This document shows positions 1 to 8,906 of a stretch of DNA of 24,000 nt, in pieces. Position 1 is the first letter of the stretch; every line of letters begins with the position of its first letter. Where the stretch lies: assembly GCA_963713355.1 (NCBI GenBank), contig CAVQLK010000001.1, positions 109,725 to 133,724 of the forward strand, given 5' to 3'. The notes below the pieces were generated by a model. That model was not told the DNA's origin and made no database searches. It saw only the letters and a program-made list of their open reading frames with translations. This DNA comes from an uncultured Gammaproteobacteria bacterium. Its GTDB lineage: Bacteria > Pseudomonadota > Gammaproteobacteria > Steroidobacterales > Rariloculaceae. The translations under genes and the position numbers were made by a program.

Positions 1-407
1 GGTACCCCGGCGTGCGGCGATACATGGACGAAACTCGCGCGAGCGCCCGGCGTTTAGGCTTCGTCAGCACCGTATTCGGCAGGCGGCTGCATCTGCCGGA
101 AATCAACGCGCGCAACAATCAGCTGCGTCAGTATGCGGAGCGCAGTGCCATCAACGCCCCGATGCAAGGAACGGCAGCGGACATCATCAAGCGCGCAATG
201 ATCGGCGTGGCGGAATGGCTATCGGCCGAGGAACCGCGCGCGCGGCTCATCATGCAGGTTCATGACGAGCTCGTCGTCGAGGTCCCCGAGGAACGCGCGA
301 TCGATGTCGGAGAAGGCATAGTTCGCATCATGGAAGCAGCAGCCGAGTTGCGGGTGCCGCTTCGGGTCGACCGCGGCATCGGCGCGAACTGGGACGAAGC
401 CCATTAG
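1..407 (+). CDS. polA: DNA polymerase I, C-terminal fragment (5' end lies outside the window; reading frame starts at position 3)
   Basis: The translation YPGVRRYMDETR...INAPMQGTAADIIKRAM...QVHDELVVEV...GANWDEAH is collinear with the E. coli PolA C-terminus (YPGVLEYMERTR...INAPMQGTAADIIKRAM...QVHDELVFEV...GENWDQAH). Stop TAG is at 405-407. Confidence 0.95.
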   Translation, partial: YPGVRRYMDETRASARRLGFVSTVFGRRLHLPEINARNNQLRQYAERSAINAPMQGTAADIIKRAMIGVAEWLSAEEPRARLIMQVHDELVVEVPEERAIDVGEGIVRIMEAAAELRVPLRVDRGIGANWDEAH

Positions 408-416
408 GGAAAGCTC

Positions 417-444
417 GGAACTTTTGTTAAACACCCGGGACTAA
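417..444 (+). promoter_or_regulatory. Candidate extracytoplasmic-stress sigma (RpoE/AlgU-type) promoter
   Basis: GGAACTT at 417-423, a 16-nt spacer, then ACTAA at 440-444. The consensus is GGAACTT-N16-TCTAA/TCAAA. It lies 10 nt after the polA stop and points at the structured region 450-572. Confidence 0.3.
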
Positions 445-449
445 ACCTT

Positions 450-572
450 CGGCACCTAGGAAGGGTGCCCCCGCTATCCTCCCTAATGCGGGGTCTTTGA
501 TCCCGGCCCACCCCGCCGGGATCGCAGCCCCGGGTGCGTCCCCTGAATCCCGCACCCGGGGCTTCTTTATTT
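450..572 (+). ncRNA. Candidate Spot 42 / ErsA-like small RNA in the polA-engB spacer (5' end inferred)
   Basis: Four consecutive hairpins: 451-456/464-469; 470-474/88-92 of the 400s (470-474 pairs with 488-492) with a 13-nt loop TATCCTCCCTAAT carrying an anti-SD-like CCUCCC; 502-507/515-520; and the terminator hairpin 528-538/551-561 followed by a U tract. It occupies the same genomic slot as spf (E. coli) and ErsA (P. aeruginosa). No homology search was possible. Confidence 0.35.
528..572 (+). terminator. Rho-independent terminator (polA and/or the candidate sRNA)
   Basis: An 11-bp perfect stem, CCCCGGGTGCG (528-538) with CGCACCCGGGG (551-561), a 12-nt loop, then CTTCTTTATTT (562-572). The T tract is present on the + strand only, and it overlaps the last codons of engB on the other strand. 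Confidence 0.7.
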
Positions 573-1148
573 GGGCCCCTGGAGCCAGCCGTCGATCCAG
601 GCCTGCGCCTCGGCGACGCCCTCGCCCTGGAGGGCCGAGAACCGAGTGACGCGCACGCCGGAACCGAGCTCCGCCGCCAACGCGCGTTCCTGTGCGATCG
701 CCGCGGCGCGGCTCAACTTGTCCGCCTTGGTCAGCAGCACGGCAACCGCCAGCTCGCGCGGCTCGAGCCAACGCAGCAACTGCTCGTCGAGCGGCGTCAG
801 CCCGCGGCGGATGTCCATCGTCACGACGAGCCCGGCAAGCGAAACCCGGTCCCTGAGATAGGTCTCCAGAGAATTTCGCCAGCGCGCCTGAACGTCGGGC
901 GCCACCCGCGCGAACCCGTAGCCCGGCAAGTCGACGAGCCGCCGATTCTCCCCGAGCGAGAAGAAATTCAAGAGCTGCGTGCGCCCCGGCGTCTTGCTCA
1001 CGCGCGCGAGCTTGCGCGCGCCCGCGACGACGTTGACAGCCGTCGACTTGCCGGAGTTCGATCGGCCGACGAACGCGACCTCTCGCCCCGTATCCGCGGG
1101 AAAATCGGCTGGGGTCGCGGCGCTCTTCAGGAAAACGGCAGTCGGCAC
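567..1148 (-). CDS. engB: Ribosome-biogenesis GTPase EngB/YihA
   Basis: 193 aa with G1 GRSNSGKST, G3 DLPGYG and G4 TKADK. It is convergent with polA, as in E. coli and Pseudomonas. Confidence 0.95.
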   Translation of the reverse strand: MPTAVFLKSAATPADFPADTGREVAFVGRSNSGKSTAVNVVAGARKLARVSKTPGRTQLLNFFSLGENRRLVDLPGYGFARVAPDVQARWRNSLETYLRDRVSLAGLVVTMDIRRGLTPLDEQLLRWLEPRELAVAVLLTKADKLSRAAAIAQERALAAELGSGVRVTRFSALQGEGVAEAQAWIDGWLQGPK

Positions 1149-1222
1149 GGGGCGCCATCGCTGCTTAGGCAGAGGTCGTTAGTGTACAATCGCGGCCGTT
1201 TTTCGATGACATTCGACGTTGC

Positions 1223-1876
1223 ATGGCGACCAAGAACACCGCGCGATCCCTCTGGCTCAGCCTCGTGCTCGGCGGCTCGCTGGCCGCGTGTTCGGCCGGG
1301 GCTCAGGAAGGCACGGCTGAGACACCAGCAGGGTCCGTCGATGCGGGTCGGGCCAAATCGGCGACCTGCGCCGCTTGCCACGGCGTCGACGGCAACAGCG
1401 TGACGCCCGACTGGCCGATGCTTGCGGGCCAGCACGCGGCCTACATCGTTCGTCAGCTGCAGGCCTTCAAAGTAGGCGAGCGCACCGATGTGACGATGAA
1501 GCCGTTCGCCGACATGCTGTCGGAGCAAGACATGCTCGACGTAGCCGCCTACTTCGAGGCGCAGACGCCGACGCCGAAAGGCGCCGATCCCGCGCTCGTC
1601 GGGCTCGGCCAACAGATTTACCGCGGCGGAGTTCCCGGGCGAAGCGTCGCAGCTTGTATCGCATGCCACGGGCCCGAAGGCACGGGCAACCCCCTCGCGG
1701 CGTATCCGCGCATCAGCGGCCAACATGCGGCTTACACGACCAAACAGCTGAACGCGTATCGCACGGGCGACCGACGTTCCGACGTCGAGCTCAATCAAAT
1801 GATGCGCAACGTCGCGGAGCAACTATTCGACGACGAGATCCGCGCGCTTGCGAGCTACGTGCAGGGTTTGAATTAG
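1223..1876 (+). CDS. cc4: Dihaem cytochrome c4 with a lipobox-type signal peptide
   Basis: 217 aa with two CxxCH motifs (CAACH, CIACH), each followed by a Met-containing half-domain. The N-terminus is ...LGGSLAAC (L-A-A-C lipobox). The engB-cc4-dsbA order matches Pseudomonas. Confidence 0.9.
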   Translation: MATKNTARSLWLSLVLGGSLAACSAGAQEGTAETPAGSVDAGRAKSATCAACHGVDGNSVTPDWPMLAGQHAAYIVRQLQAFKVGERTDVTMKPFADMLSEQDMLDVAAYFEAQTPTPKGADPALVGLGQQIYRGGVPGRSVAACIACHGPEGTGNPLAAYPRISGQHAAYTTKQLNAYRTGDRRSDVELNQMMRNVAEQLFDDEIRALASYVQGLN

Positions 1877-1877
1877 C

Positions 1878-2618
1878 ATGCCGAACAAGGCCTGGTTGCT
1901 CGCCCTCCTCGCGCTCGCCGCCTGCGGCGGGCCCTCGGACCCGGCCGCCGAGACGGATCCCGCGCTCGATCCAGAGTCCGCGGTTGCCGCCGACCAAGCC
2001 GGCATCGAGCCGGAGCTCGTGGCGACCGATCCCGCCGGCGCTCCTACGACGGGGCGCTTCGAGATGGGCGTGCATTACTTGCGCCTGTCGCCGACGCAGC
2101 CGACGAGCTCGAACCCCGACCAGATCGAGGTTTGCGAGGTGTTCTGGTATGGGTGCCCGCATTGCAACGAGCTCGATCCCAAGCTCGAGGGGTGGCAGGA
2201 GCAGAAGCCCGACTACGTGAATTTCGTTCGCGTGCCTGCCGTCTGGAATCCGACGCTGCAGATGCACGCGCGCGCGTTCTACACGGCGGAAGCGCTCGGT
2301 AAGGGCGCCGAGATGCATACGGAGTTTTTCCGCGAGTACCACGACCGCGGCAACAGGCTCGACACCGAGGCGAAGCTTCAGGAGTTCTTCGGCCGCTTCG
2401 GCGTCGATGCTGCGGCATTCAAGACCGCGTTCGACTCGTTCGCCGTGCAGGCGAAGCTGCAGCGCGCAGACGAGCTTAGCCGCCGCTACCGCATCGACGG
2501 AGTCCCGACGATGGTAATCAACGGCAAGTACACGACCGACGCCGTGATGGTCGGCAGCTACGACGAGCTGCTCGTGCTCGTCGACGAGCTCGTCGCAGCG
2601 GAGCGTGAAGCGCGCTAG
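1878..2618 (+). CDS. dsbA: Thiol:disulfide interchange protein DsbA, predicted lipoprotein with an acidic, Pro-rich linker
   Basis: 246 aa with the active site WYGCPHC. Other DsbA-like stretches are ...YRIDGVPTMVINGKY. The N-terminus is MPNKAWLLALLALAAC (lipobox LAAC). The start lies 1 nt after the cc4 stop. Confidence 0.9.
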   Translation: MPNKAWLLALLALAACGGPSDPAAETDPALDPESAVAADQAGIEPELVATDPAGAPTTGRFEMGVHYLRLSPTQPTSSNPDQIEVCEVFWYGCPHCNELDPKLEGWQEQKPDYVNFVRVPAVWNPTLQMHARAFYTAEALGKGAEMHTEFFREYHDRGNRLDTEAKLQEFFGRFGVDAAAFKTAFDSFAVQAKLQRADELSRRYRIDGVPTMVINGKYTTDAVMVGSYDELLVLVDELVAAEREAR

Positions 2619-2719
2619 CCGCGCCTCTCGCAAGCCTTGGGCTTGTGACTTCGCGCCGAAGTGGGTCACACTCGCCGCATGACGGCGCACTCGGCGCGCA
2701 GCCGATTCGGGAGGAAGCG

Positions 2720-4249
2720 GTGAGCTCAGCATCCACGAGTTCCGCCGCCGCGTCGCCCGCTTCCCGCGAGTTCCTAGGCCATCCACGCGGTCTCGCGACG
2801 CTGTTCATGACCGAGTTCTTCGAGCGCTTTACCTACTACGGTATGCGCGCGTTGCTCGTTCTGTTCCTCGTCGCCGCGACCGACGCTGCGAACCCCGGCT
2901 TCGGTCTCGACGCTGAAAGCGCGGGCGCCATTTACGGTCTGTACACGGGCGCCGTATTCCTCGGCTCCCTGCCCGGCGGCTGGATCGCCGACCGTCTCAT
3001 CGGTCAGCGCAACGCCGTGTTTTGGGGCGGCGTCGTGATCATGATCGGTAACTTCATCTTGGCGGTACCGGGAACGCCGCCCGTGTTCTACCTCGGCCTC
3101 GCGGTGATCGCAGTCGGCGTCGGACTGCTCAAGCCGAACGTCTCCGCGATCGTCGGCTCGCTCTACGAAGGGTTGCCCGGGGCGCGGCGCGACGCGGGGT
3201 TCTCGATCTTCTACATGGGCATCAATCTCGGGGCCTTCGTCGCGCCGCTGGTCGCCGGTACGGTGGGCGAAGCGTGGAATTGGCGCGGCGGGTTCTTCTG
3301 CGCAGGTCTCTTCATGGCCTTCGGCGTCATTCAGTTCAAGCTGACAGAGCGCTATCTCGGGCACGCCGGTCTCGCGCCGAGCACGAATCCGCTGGAACGC
3401 CGACGCGGCTGGAAAGCCGTCGCGATCGGCTGCGCTGTCATCGTGGCGGTCGCGGGCGCGATGTTCCTCGGCTACGTTCCCGTCGACGTCACGACACTCG
3501 CGCAAGCGTTCGGCGCGGCGATGATTGCGCTCGCGTTCGCCTTCTTCGGGTATGTGCTGCTATTCGCAAAGCTCAGCACGGAGGAGCGCAAGCGCGTTGC
3601 GGTGATCGCGATCTTTTTCCTGTGCGCAGCGGTCTTCTGGGCGGGCTTCGAGCAGCAGGCGACGACGTTCAACCTGTTCGCGCTCGATTTCACGGATCGG
3701 ACACTGTTCGGCAGCTGGTTTCCCGAAGGCGTGCACCCGGCGTCGTGGTATCAATCGGCGAACCCGATCTTCATCGTGCTGTTCGCGCCGTTCTTCGCGT
3801 GGCTTTGGGTCGCTCTCGGCGCGCGCAACTTGAACCCGTCGGCGCCGCTGAAATTCGGGCTGGGCCTCGTGCTGCTCGGCATCGGTTTCCTCGTCATGGT
3901 GTTTGCCGCGCAACTCATCGTTGCAACGGGCAACGACGTCGCACCGACCTGGCTGCTGTTCGCCTATCTGCTGCACACTTTCGGCGAGCTCTGCTTGTCG
4001 CCCGTCGGCCTTTCGAACGTCACGAAGCTCGCTCCTCAGCGCTTCGTCGGCCAGATGATGGGCACTTGGTTCCTCGGCTCGGCCGTGGGCAATTTGTTTG
4101 CCGGCCTCATCGGCGGCCACATCGGTGGCGGAGAGGCGAGCGAGATGCCGCGGCAACTCATGATCATGACGCTGATCGGCGTGGGCGCCGGTGCGCTGAT
4201 GCTCGCGTTCGCGCGGCCGATCCGTAACTGGATGGGCGGCGTCCGCTAG
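2720..4249 (+). CDS. Proton-dependent oligopeptide transporter, POT/PTR2 family (DtpT-like)
   Basis: PTR2 signature GHPRGLATLFMTEFFERFTYYGMRALLVLFL with about 14 predicted TM segments. I prefer the GTG at 2720 (codon 26 of tracked ORF 2645..4249), which follows GGGAGGAA at 2709-2716. The start is uncertain. Confidence 0.88.
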   Translation: MSSASTSSAAASPASREFLGHPRGLATLFMTEFFERFTYYGMRALLVLFLVAATDAANPGFGLDAESAGAIYGLYTGAVFLGSLPGGWIADRLIGQRNAVFWGGVVIMIGNFILAVPGTPPVFYLGLAVIAVGVGLLKPNVSAIVGSLYEGLPGARRDAGFSIFYMGINLGAFVAPLVAGTVGEAWNWRGGFFCAGLFMAFGVIQFKLTERYLGHAGLAPSTNPLERRRGWKAVAIGCAVIVAVAGAMFLGYVPVDVTTLAQAFGAAMIALAFAFFGYVLLFAKLSTEERKRVAVIAIFFLCAAVFWAGFEQQATTFNLFALDFTDRTLFGSWFPEGVHPASWYQSANPIFIVLFAPFFAWLWVALGARNLNPSAPLKFGLGLVLLGIGFLVMVFAAQLIVATGNDVAPTWLLFAYLLHTFGELCLSPVGLSNVTKLAPQRFVGQMMGTWFLGSAVGNLFAGLIGGHIGGGEASEMPRQLMIMTLIGVGAGALMLAFARPIRNWMGGVR

Positions 4250-4256
4250 CGCCCGC

Positions 4257-6215
4257 ATGAGCACGACGACACCGCTGCCGCCGCAGCTCACCGCGCGCGC
4301 GATCATCCTCGCCATCGTGCTCGCAATGATCCTCGCGGCCGCGAACACTTATCTCGGCCTCTTCGCGGGCATGACGATCGCCTCGGCCATACCCGCCGCA
4401 GTCGTCTCGATGGCCGTGCTGCGTGTGCTCGGCGGCGGCGGCATTCTCGAGAACAACATCGTGCAAACCGGCGGCTCGGCCGGCGCATCGCTCGCCTCGG
4501 GCGTGATCTTCACGATTCCAGCGCTCGTGATTCTCGGCTTCTGGGACGACTTCGACTTCCTCTGGGTCGTCGCGATCGCGGCGCTTGGCGGGCTTCTCGG
4601 CGTGCTGTTCTCGGTGCCGCTGCGACGCTCGTTGATCGTCGAGCAAGGGCTCGCATTCCCGGAAGGAAAGGCGGCGGCCGAGGTGCTGAAGACCGGCGAG
4701 AACCCGGCTCAGGGCGTGAGGATCCTCGGTGCGGCCGCACTCGGCGGCGGAGCCTTGAAGCTCGCGGCCGCCAGCGGTCTCGGGTTGATTCCGGACACGG
4801 CGGCCGTCGCGGGCTACGTCGGCAGGGGCATCGCGTACTTCGGCACGAACCTTTCGCCGGCGCTGCTCGCGGTCGGCTATATCGTCGGGCTGAACGTCGG
4901 CGCCGTCGTGCTCCTAGGTGGCGTCATCTCGTGGAACGTTGCAATCCCCCTCTATGCCGCGTTCGGGCTCGACGGCAACCCGGACCTCGCGAGCGCCGTA
5001 GCGGGGCTCGACGCCGAGAACGCCGCAGGAGTTCTTTGGAGCCGGCAGATTCGCTACCTCGGCGTCGGTGCGATGCTGGTCGGCGGTCTCTGGGCGCTGT
5101 TCAGCCTGCGCAGATCGCTGTTGTCCGGCGTCAAGAGCGGGCTCGCCGCGGCGCGCGCCGGCTCGGGCGCGACGATCGCGCACACCGAGCGCGACCTGCC
5201 GATGAAGGGCGTGCTGATCGGTATCGTGCTGTTCGCGCTGCCGTTGCTCGTGCTCTACCAGAACATCGTCGGCTCGTTCGCCGTCAGCGTGCCGATGACG
5301 ATCATCATGATCGTCGCGGGCTTCCTGTTCTGCTCGGTCTCCGCGTACATGGCCGGCCTCGTCGGCACGTCCAACAACCCCGTGTCGGGCATGACGATCG
5401 GCACGATCCTGTTCTCGGCCCTCGTGTTGCTCGTGTTGATGGGGCCGAGCTCGTCGACGGGCCCCGTTGCGGCGATCATGATCGGCGCCGTCGTCTGCTG
5501 CGCGGCCTGCATCGCCGGCGACAACCTCCAAGACTTGAAGTGCGGCTACATCGTCGGCGCGACGCCGTGGCGCCAGCAGGTCATGCTCGCGATCGGCACG
5601 TTCGCGAGCGCGCTGGTGTTGGCGCCGGTCCTGAACCTCCTCGCGAGCGCCTATGGCATCGGCATTCCGACCGAAACGCATCCGGATCCGCTGATCGCGC
5701 CGCAGGCGACACTGATGGCGTCGGTGGCCCAGGGAATGTTTGGCGGCTCGTTGCCTTGGCCGACGATCGGCGTGGGCGCGGTCATCGGTGCCGTGATCAT
5801 CGCAGTCGACGAAGTGCTGAAGGCGAAGGGTGCGAACGTCCGGGTACCGGTGCTCGCGGCGGCGGTCGGTATCTACTTGCCGCTCGAGCTCAGCGTGCCG
5901 ATTTTCGCCGGGGGTCTGCTCGCATGGTTCTGCGAGCGCGCTCTCAAGGCGCGCGGCCGGGTCACCGCGCCCGAGGACGCTGAACGCATGGGCCGCAAAG
6001 GAATGCTGTTCGCGGCCGGCGTGATCACGGGCGAAGCGCTGATGGGTATCGTGATCGCGATTCCGATCGTCGTCGCCGGTCGCCCCGACGTGCTCGCGCT
6101 ACCAGCCGAATATCGCATCGGCGCATCGGCCGCCGGTGAATGGCTGGGGCTCGCGGTGCTCGCGCTGCTCGCGTATTGGCTGTATCGGACGGCGACGTCC
6201 GCTGAGCGAAAATAG
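4257..6215 (+). CDS. OPT-superfamily oligopeptide transporter
   Basis: A 652-aa polytopic membrane protein. Its N-terminal NTYLGLFAGMTIASAIPAAV and overall Gly/Ala-rich TM pattern are typical of bacterial OPT-family proteins. It lies directly downstream of the POT gene. Confidence 0.85.
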   Translation: MSTTTPLPPQLTARAIILAIVLAMILAAANTYLGLFAGMTIASAIPAAVVSMAVLRVLGGGGILENNIVQTGGSAGASLASGVIFTIPALVILGFWDDFDFLWVVAIAALGGLLGVLFSVPLRRSLIVEQGLAFPEGKAAAEVLKTGENPAQGVRILGAAALGGGALKLAAASGLGLIPDTAAVAGYVGRGIAYFGTNLSPALLAVGYIVGLNVGAVVLLGGVISWNVAIPLYAAFGLDGNPDLASAVAGLDAENAAGVLWSRQIRYLGVGAMLVGGLWALFSLRRSLLSGVKSGLAAARAGSGATIAHTERDLPMKGVLIGIVLFALPLLVLYQNIVGSFAVSVPMTIIMIVAGFLFCSVSAYMAGLVGTSNNPVSGMTIGTILFSALVLLVLMGPSSSTGPVAAIMIGAVVCCAACIAGDNLQDLKCGYIVGATPWRQQVMLAIGTFASALVLAPVLNLLASAYGIGIPTETHPDPLIAPQATLMASVAQGMFGGSLPWPTIGVGAVIGAVIIAVDEVLKAKGANVRVPVLAAAVGIYLPLELSVPIFAGGLLAWFCERALKARGRVTAPEDAERMGRKGMLFAAGVITGEALMGIVIAIPIVVAGRPDVLALPAEYRIGASAAGEWLGLAVLALLAYWLYRTATSAERK

Positions 6216-6251
6216 ATTGCGTTGGCGTCGCTCGTGCAAGCGGCGGCGTGG

Positions 6252-7400
6252 TTACAACCGCCGCAGCCGCTCGGCCGCGGCGTCGAGCGTCGCGTTTTCC
6301 TTCGCGAAGCAGAACCGAACGAGCCGCGCGTCGGGCGGCTGCTCGTAGAACACCGACACGGGAATCGTCGCGACGCCGTGCTCGACAGTCAGCCAACGAG
6401 CGAACTCGATGTCTTGCAACGTCGAGATCGCGCCGTAGTCCGCGAGCTGGAAGTACGTCCCGGCCGCAGGCAGCAAGCGAAATTTCGTGCCGGCGAGCAG
6501 GCCCGCAAAGTAATCGCGCCGCTCCTGGTAGAACGCCGGCAGCTCGAGATGGTGCTCGGGATGGGCCGTCAGGTACTCGGCCAGCGCCTGCTGCAGCGGC
6601 GAGGTCGAGGCGAACGTGACGTACTGATGCACGCGCCGCAGCTCCGCCGACAATGCCGGCGGCGCGACGCAGTAGCCGAGCTTCCAGCCCGTCGCATGAT
6701 AGGTCTTGCCGAACGAAAAAACGGCAAAGCACCGCTGCGCGAGCTCGGGCTGCGCCAGCGCCGTGGCGTGCCGCGCGCCATCGAAAACGACGTGCTCGTA
6801 GACCTCGTCGCTGAGCACATAGCAGTCGTGGGGGCGCAGGAGCTCCGCGAGCCGGTCGAAGTCCGCCCGCTCGAGCAGCGCGCCGCTGGGATTGTGCGGC
6901 GAGTTCACGATGACGAGGCGTGTGCGAGGATTCAGCGCCGCCCGCAGCCGGGCCCAGTCGATCGCGAAACCGGGCCGCGTCAATGGCAGGTGGACGGCGC
7001 GGCCGCCGGCCAGCGTGATCGAGGGCTCGTAGGAGTCGTAGCACGGGTCGAACACGATGACCTCGTCATCGCGCCGAACGACGGCCTGGATCGCGTCGAA
7101 GATCGCCTCGGTGGCACCGCTCGTGACGGTGATCTCGTCGGCGGGGTCGGCTTTCACGGCGTACATCGCTGCAAGCTTGCCCGCGATGGCGGTGCGCAGC
7201 GCCATCGAGCCCGCCATCGGCGCGTACTGATGGTAGCTTCCGCGCAGCGCGCGCTCGACGAGCTCGAGCAACTTCGAGGGCGGCAAGAAGCTCGGAAACC
7301 CTTGCGACAGGTTCACGGCCCGATGCTGCTCGGCGAGCTGCGACATCAACGTGAAGATCGTCGTTCCGACGTTCGGTAGCTTGCTGTCGAGTGGCGTCAT
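6252..7400 (-). CDS. ybdL: PLP-dependent class I aminotransferase, YbdL-type (methionine aminotransferase)
   Basis: 382 aa, collinear with E. coli YbdL: GTTIFT..MS, NLSQGFP, NSPHNPSG, SDEVYEH, SFGKTYHATGWKLGYCVAP (PLP Lys), and C-terminal CFAKENATLDAAAERLRRL. Confidence 0.92.
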   Translation of the reverse strand: MTPLDSKLPNVGTTIFTLMSQLAEQHRAVNLSQGFPSFLPPSKLLELVERALRGSYHQYAPMAGSMALRTAIAGKLAAMYAVKADPADEITVTSGATEAIFDAIQAVVRRDDEVIVFDPCYDSYEPSITLAGGRAVHLPLTRPGFAIDWARLRAALNPRTRLVIVNSPHNPSGALLERADFDRLAELLRPHDCYVLSDEVYEHVVFDGARHATALAQPELAQRCFAVFSFGKTYHATGWKLGYCVAPPALSAELRRVHQYVTFASTSPLQQALAEYLTAHPEHHLELPAFYQERRDYFAGLLAGTKFRLLPAAGTYFQLADYGAISTLQDIEFARWLTVEHGVATIPVSVFYEQPPDARLVRFCFAKENATLDAAAERLRRL

Positions 7401-7443
7401 CGCTTGGACTTAAGCAGTGGGCGCTGTGTCGAGGCCGTCAGGC

Positions 7444-8208
7444 TCAGGCGGCCGAGGCCTTGGCCGGAATGAGCACGCGCGCCATGATGAGGCCGCCCTC
7501 GTAGAGCAGATACATCGGGATCGCCATCAACGTCATCGAGAAAACGTCGGGCGCCAGTAGCATTCCCGCGATGAAAGCGCCGAGAAACACGTAGGGCCGT
7601 GCGCTCTTCAAAGCTTTCACCGACACGAGACCGCTCCAGATCAATAGCACCGTGGCAATCGGAACCTCGAACGCCAAGCCGAACGCGAGGAAGATGCCGA
7701 GCACGAAGCTCAAGAAAGCGCTGATGTCCGGAGTCATGTCGACGCCGCTCGGCGTGACGCTAGCGAAGAATCCAAACATCACTTTGAACACGATGAAGTA
7801 CGCGAACGCGATGCCGGCATAGAACAGCACGATGCTCGAGATCATCAGCGGGATCGCGAGGCGCTTCTCGCGTTTGTAGAGGCCTGGCGCGACGAACTGC
7901 CAGACCTGGTACAGGACGACCGGCATCGCAATGAACACAGCGACGAAGAACGCCGTCTTCATCGGCGTCAGAAACGGCGCGGCGACGTCCGTGACGATCA
8001 TTTCAGAGCCTTCCGGCAAGGCTTCGCGCAACGGTTTCGAGACGAACTCGAACACGTCGTTCATCCACGGCGTCAACCCCAAGAACACGACGATGACGGC
8101 CAGCACGGCTTTCATCATCCGAGCGCGCAGCTCGAGCAGATGGGAGATGAGGGTCCCTTCCGCGAGCTGCTCGTCGGGCTCGTTCTTGTCGTACGGTGGG
8201 CTCATCAA
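7444..8208 (-). CDS. tatC: Twin-arginine translocase subunit TatC
   Basis: 254 aa with 6 TM segments and the N-terminal ISHLLELRARMMK motif. Its start overlaps the tatB stop (ATGA at 8205-8208). Confidence 0.95.
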   Translation of the reverse strand: MMSPPYDKNEPDEQLAEGTLISHLLELRARMMKAVLAVIVVFLGLTPWMNDVFEFVSKPLREALPEGSEMIVTDVAAPFLTPMKTAFFVAVFIAMPVVLYQVWQFVAPGLYKREKRLAIPLMISSIVLFYAGIAFAYFIVFKVMFGFFASVTPSGVDMTPDISAFLSFVLGIFLAFGLAFEVPIATVLLIWSGLVSVKALKSARPYVFLGAFIAGMLLAPDVFSMTLMAIPMYLLYEGGLIMARVLIPAKASAA

Positions 8209-8579
8209 CTCGGCGGAGTCTGCTCGGCGCGCTGCTGCGGCGTTAGAGCCGGGGTATGGGCTGCAGACGGGTCGAGCTCAGGCTGGTCGGCATGCGTACC
8301 CGGACCCGGCGGCACCTCGCCCGACTGCGCCGCGGTGACTGATGACGGAGCTGACTGTGTTGGCGGGGATGGCGGTGCTGGCGGCGGCGGCTTCGGCTTT
8401 TCGAGGTCGCTGATCTCGATCTCGCGCTCGAGTTGCCGCCGCAGCTGCGTCGCCGTGCGCCGCGCGCGGCCGACCCACTTGCCGATTTCCGCGGCTACCT
8501 TCGGTAATCGCTGGGGACCGAGGACCAAGAGCCCGATAATGGCGACGAGAACCAGCTCTCCAGGACCGATGTCGAACAT
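8205..8579 (-). CDS. tatB: Twin-arginine translocase subunit TatB
   Basis: MFDIGPGELVLVAIIGLLVLGPQRLP is a TatA/B-family N-terminal TM plus hinge. The C-terminus is Pro-rich. The gene sits between tatA and tatC. Confidence 0.9.
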   Translation of the reverse strand: MFDIGPGELVLVAIIGLLVLGPQRLPKVAAEIGKWVGRARRTATQLRRQLEREIEISDLEKPKPPPPAPPSPPTQSAPSSVTAAQSGEVPPGPGTHADQPELDPSAAHTPALTPQQRAEQTPPS

Positions 8580-8594
8580 CGTGGCACCCGAGTG

Positions 8595-8837
8595 CTAAGC
8601 ACTGCGGCTCTTGTCTTTTTTGCGCTCGGGAAACTCGGCATCCTGTTCGTCGCTATCGAGGCGCTTCTGCGACCCGTCGCCGGGCTTGCCCTCGTCATCG
8701 TCCATCGATTTCTTGAAGCCTTTGATCGCGCCGCCGAGATCGCTGCCGATCGATTTCAGGCGCTTGGTCCCGAAGATCAGCAAGACGATCACGAGCACGA
8801 TCGCCAGCTGCCAGATGCTGATTCCGCCAAGTCCCAT
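8595..8837 (-). CDS. tatA: Twin-arginine translocase subunit TatA
   Basis: 80 aa. [38 protein letters not shown] is the canonical TatA TM, FG hinge and amphipathic helix. Confidence 0.92.
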   Translation of the reverse strand: MGLGGISIWQLAIVLVIVLLIFGTKRLKSIGSDLGGAIKGFKKSMDDDEGKPGDGSQKRLDSDEQDAEFPERKKDKSRSA

Positions 8838-8906
8838 GATTGCCGCTCCGCCGTCTTTCCTTGCTTCAGCCGATGATACGCCAATCGATTCGGCCCCACG
8901 GGCCGA

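Noticed and set aside
427-1403. ORFs 427..1158 (-, 243 aa) and 534..1403 (+, 289 aa)
   Set aside because: They are alternative-frame or antisense shadows of engB. They also run through the polA terminator and the cc4 start region.
2619-2719. Hairpins after dsbA (about 2645-2670) as a terminator
   Set aside because: The stems are short or bulged and no T tract follows, which is not enough to call a terminator.
6025-7379. ORFs 6025..7044 (-) and 6222..7379 (+)
   Set aside because: They are shadows of the ybdL-like aminotransferase, which aligns end to end with E. coli YbdL in its own frame.
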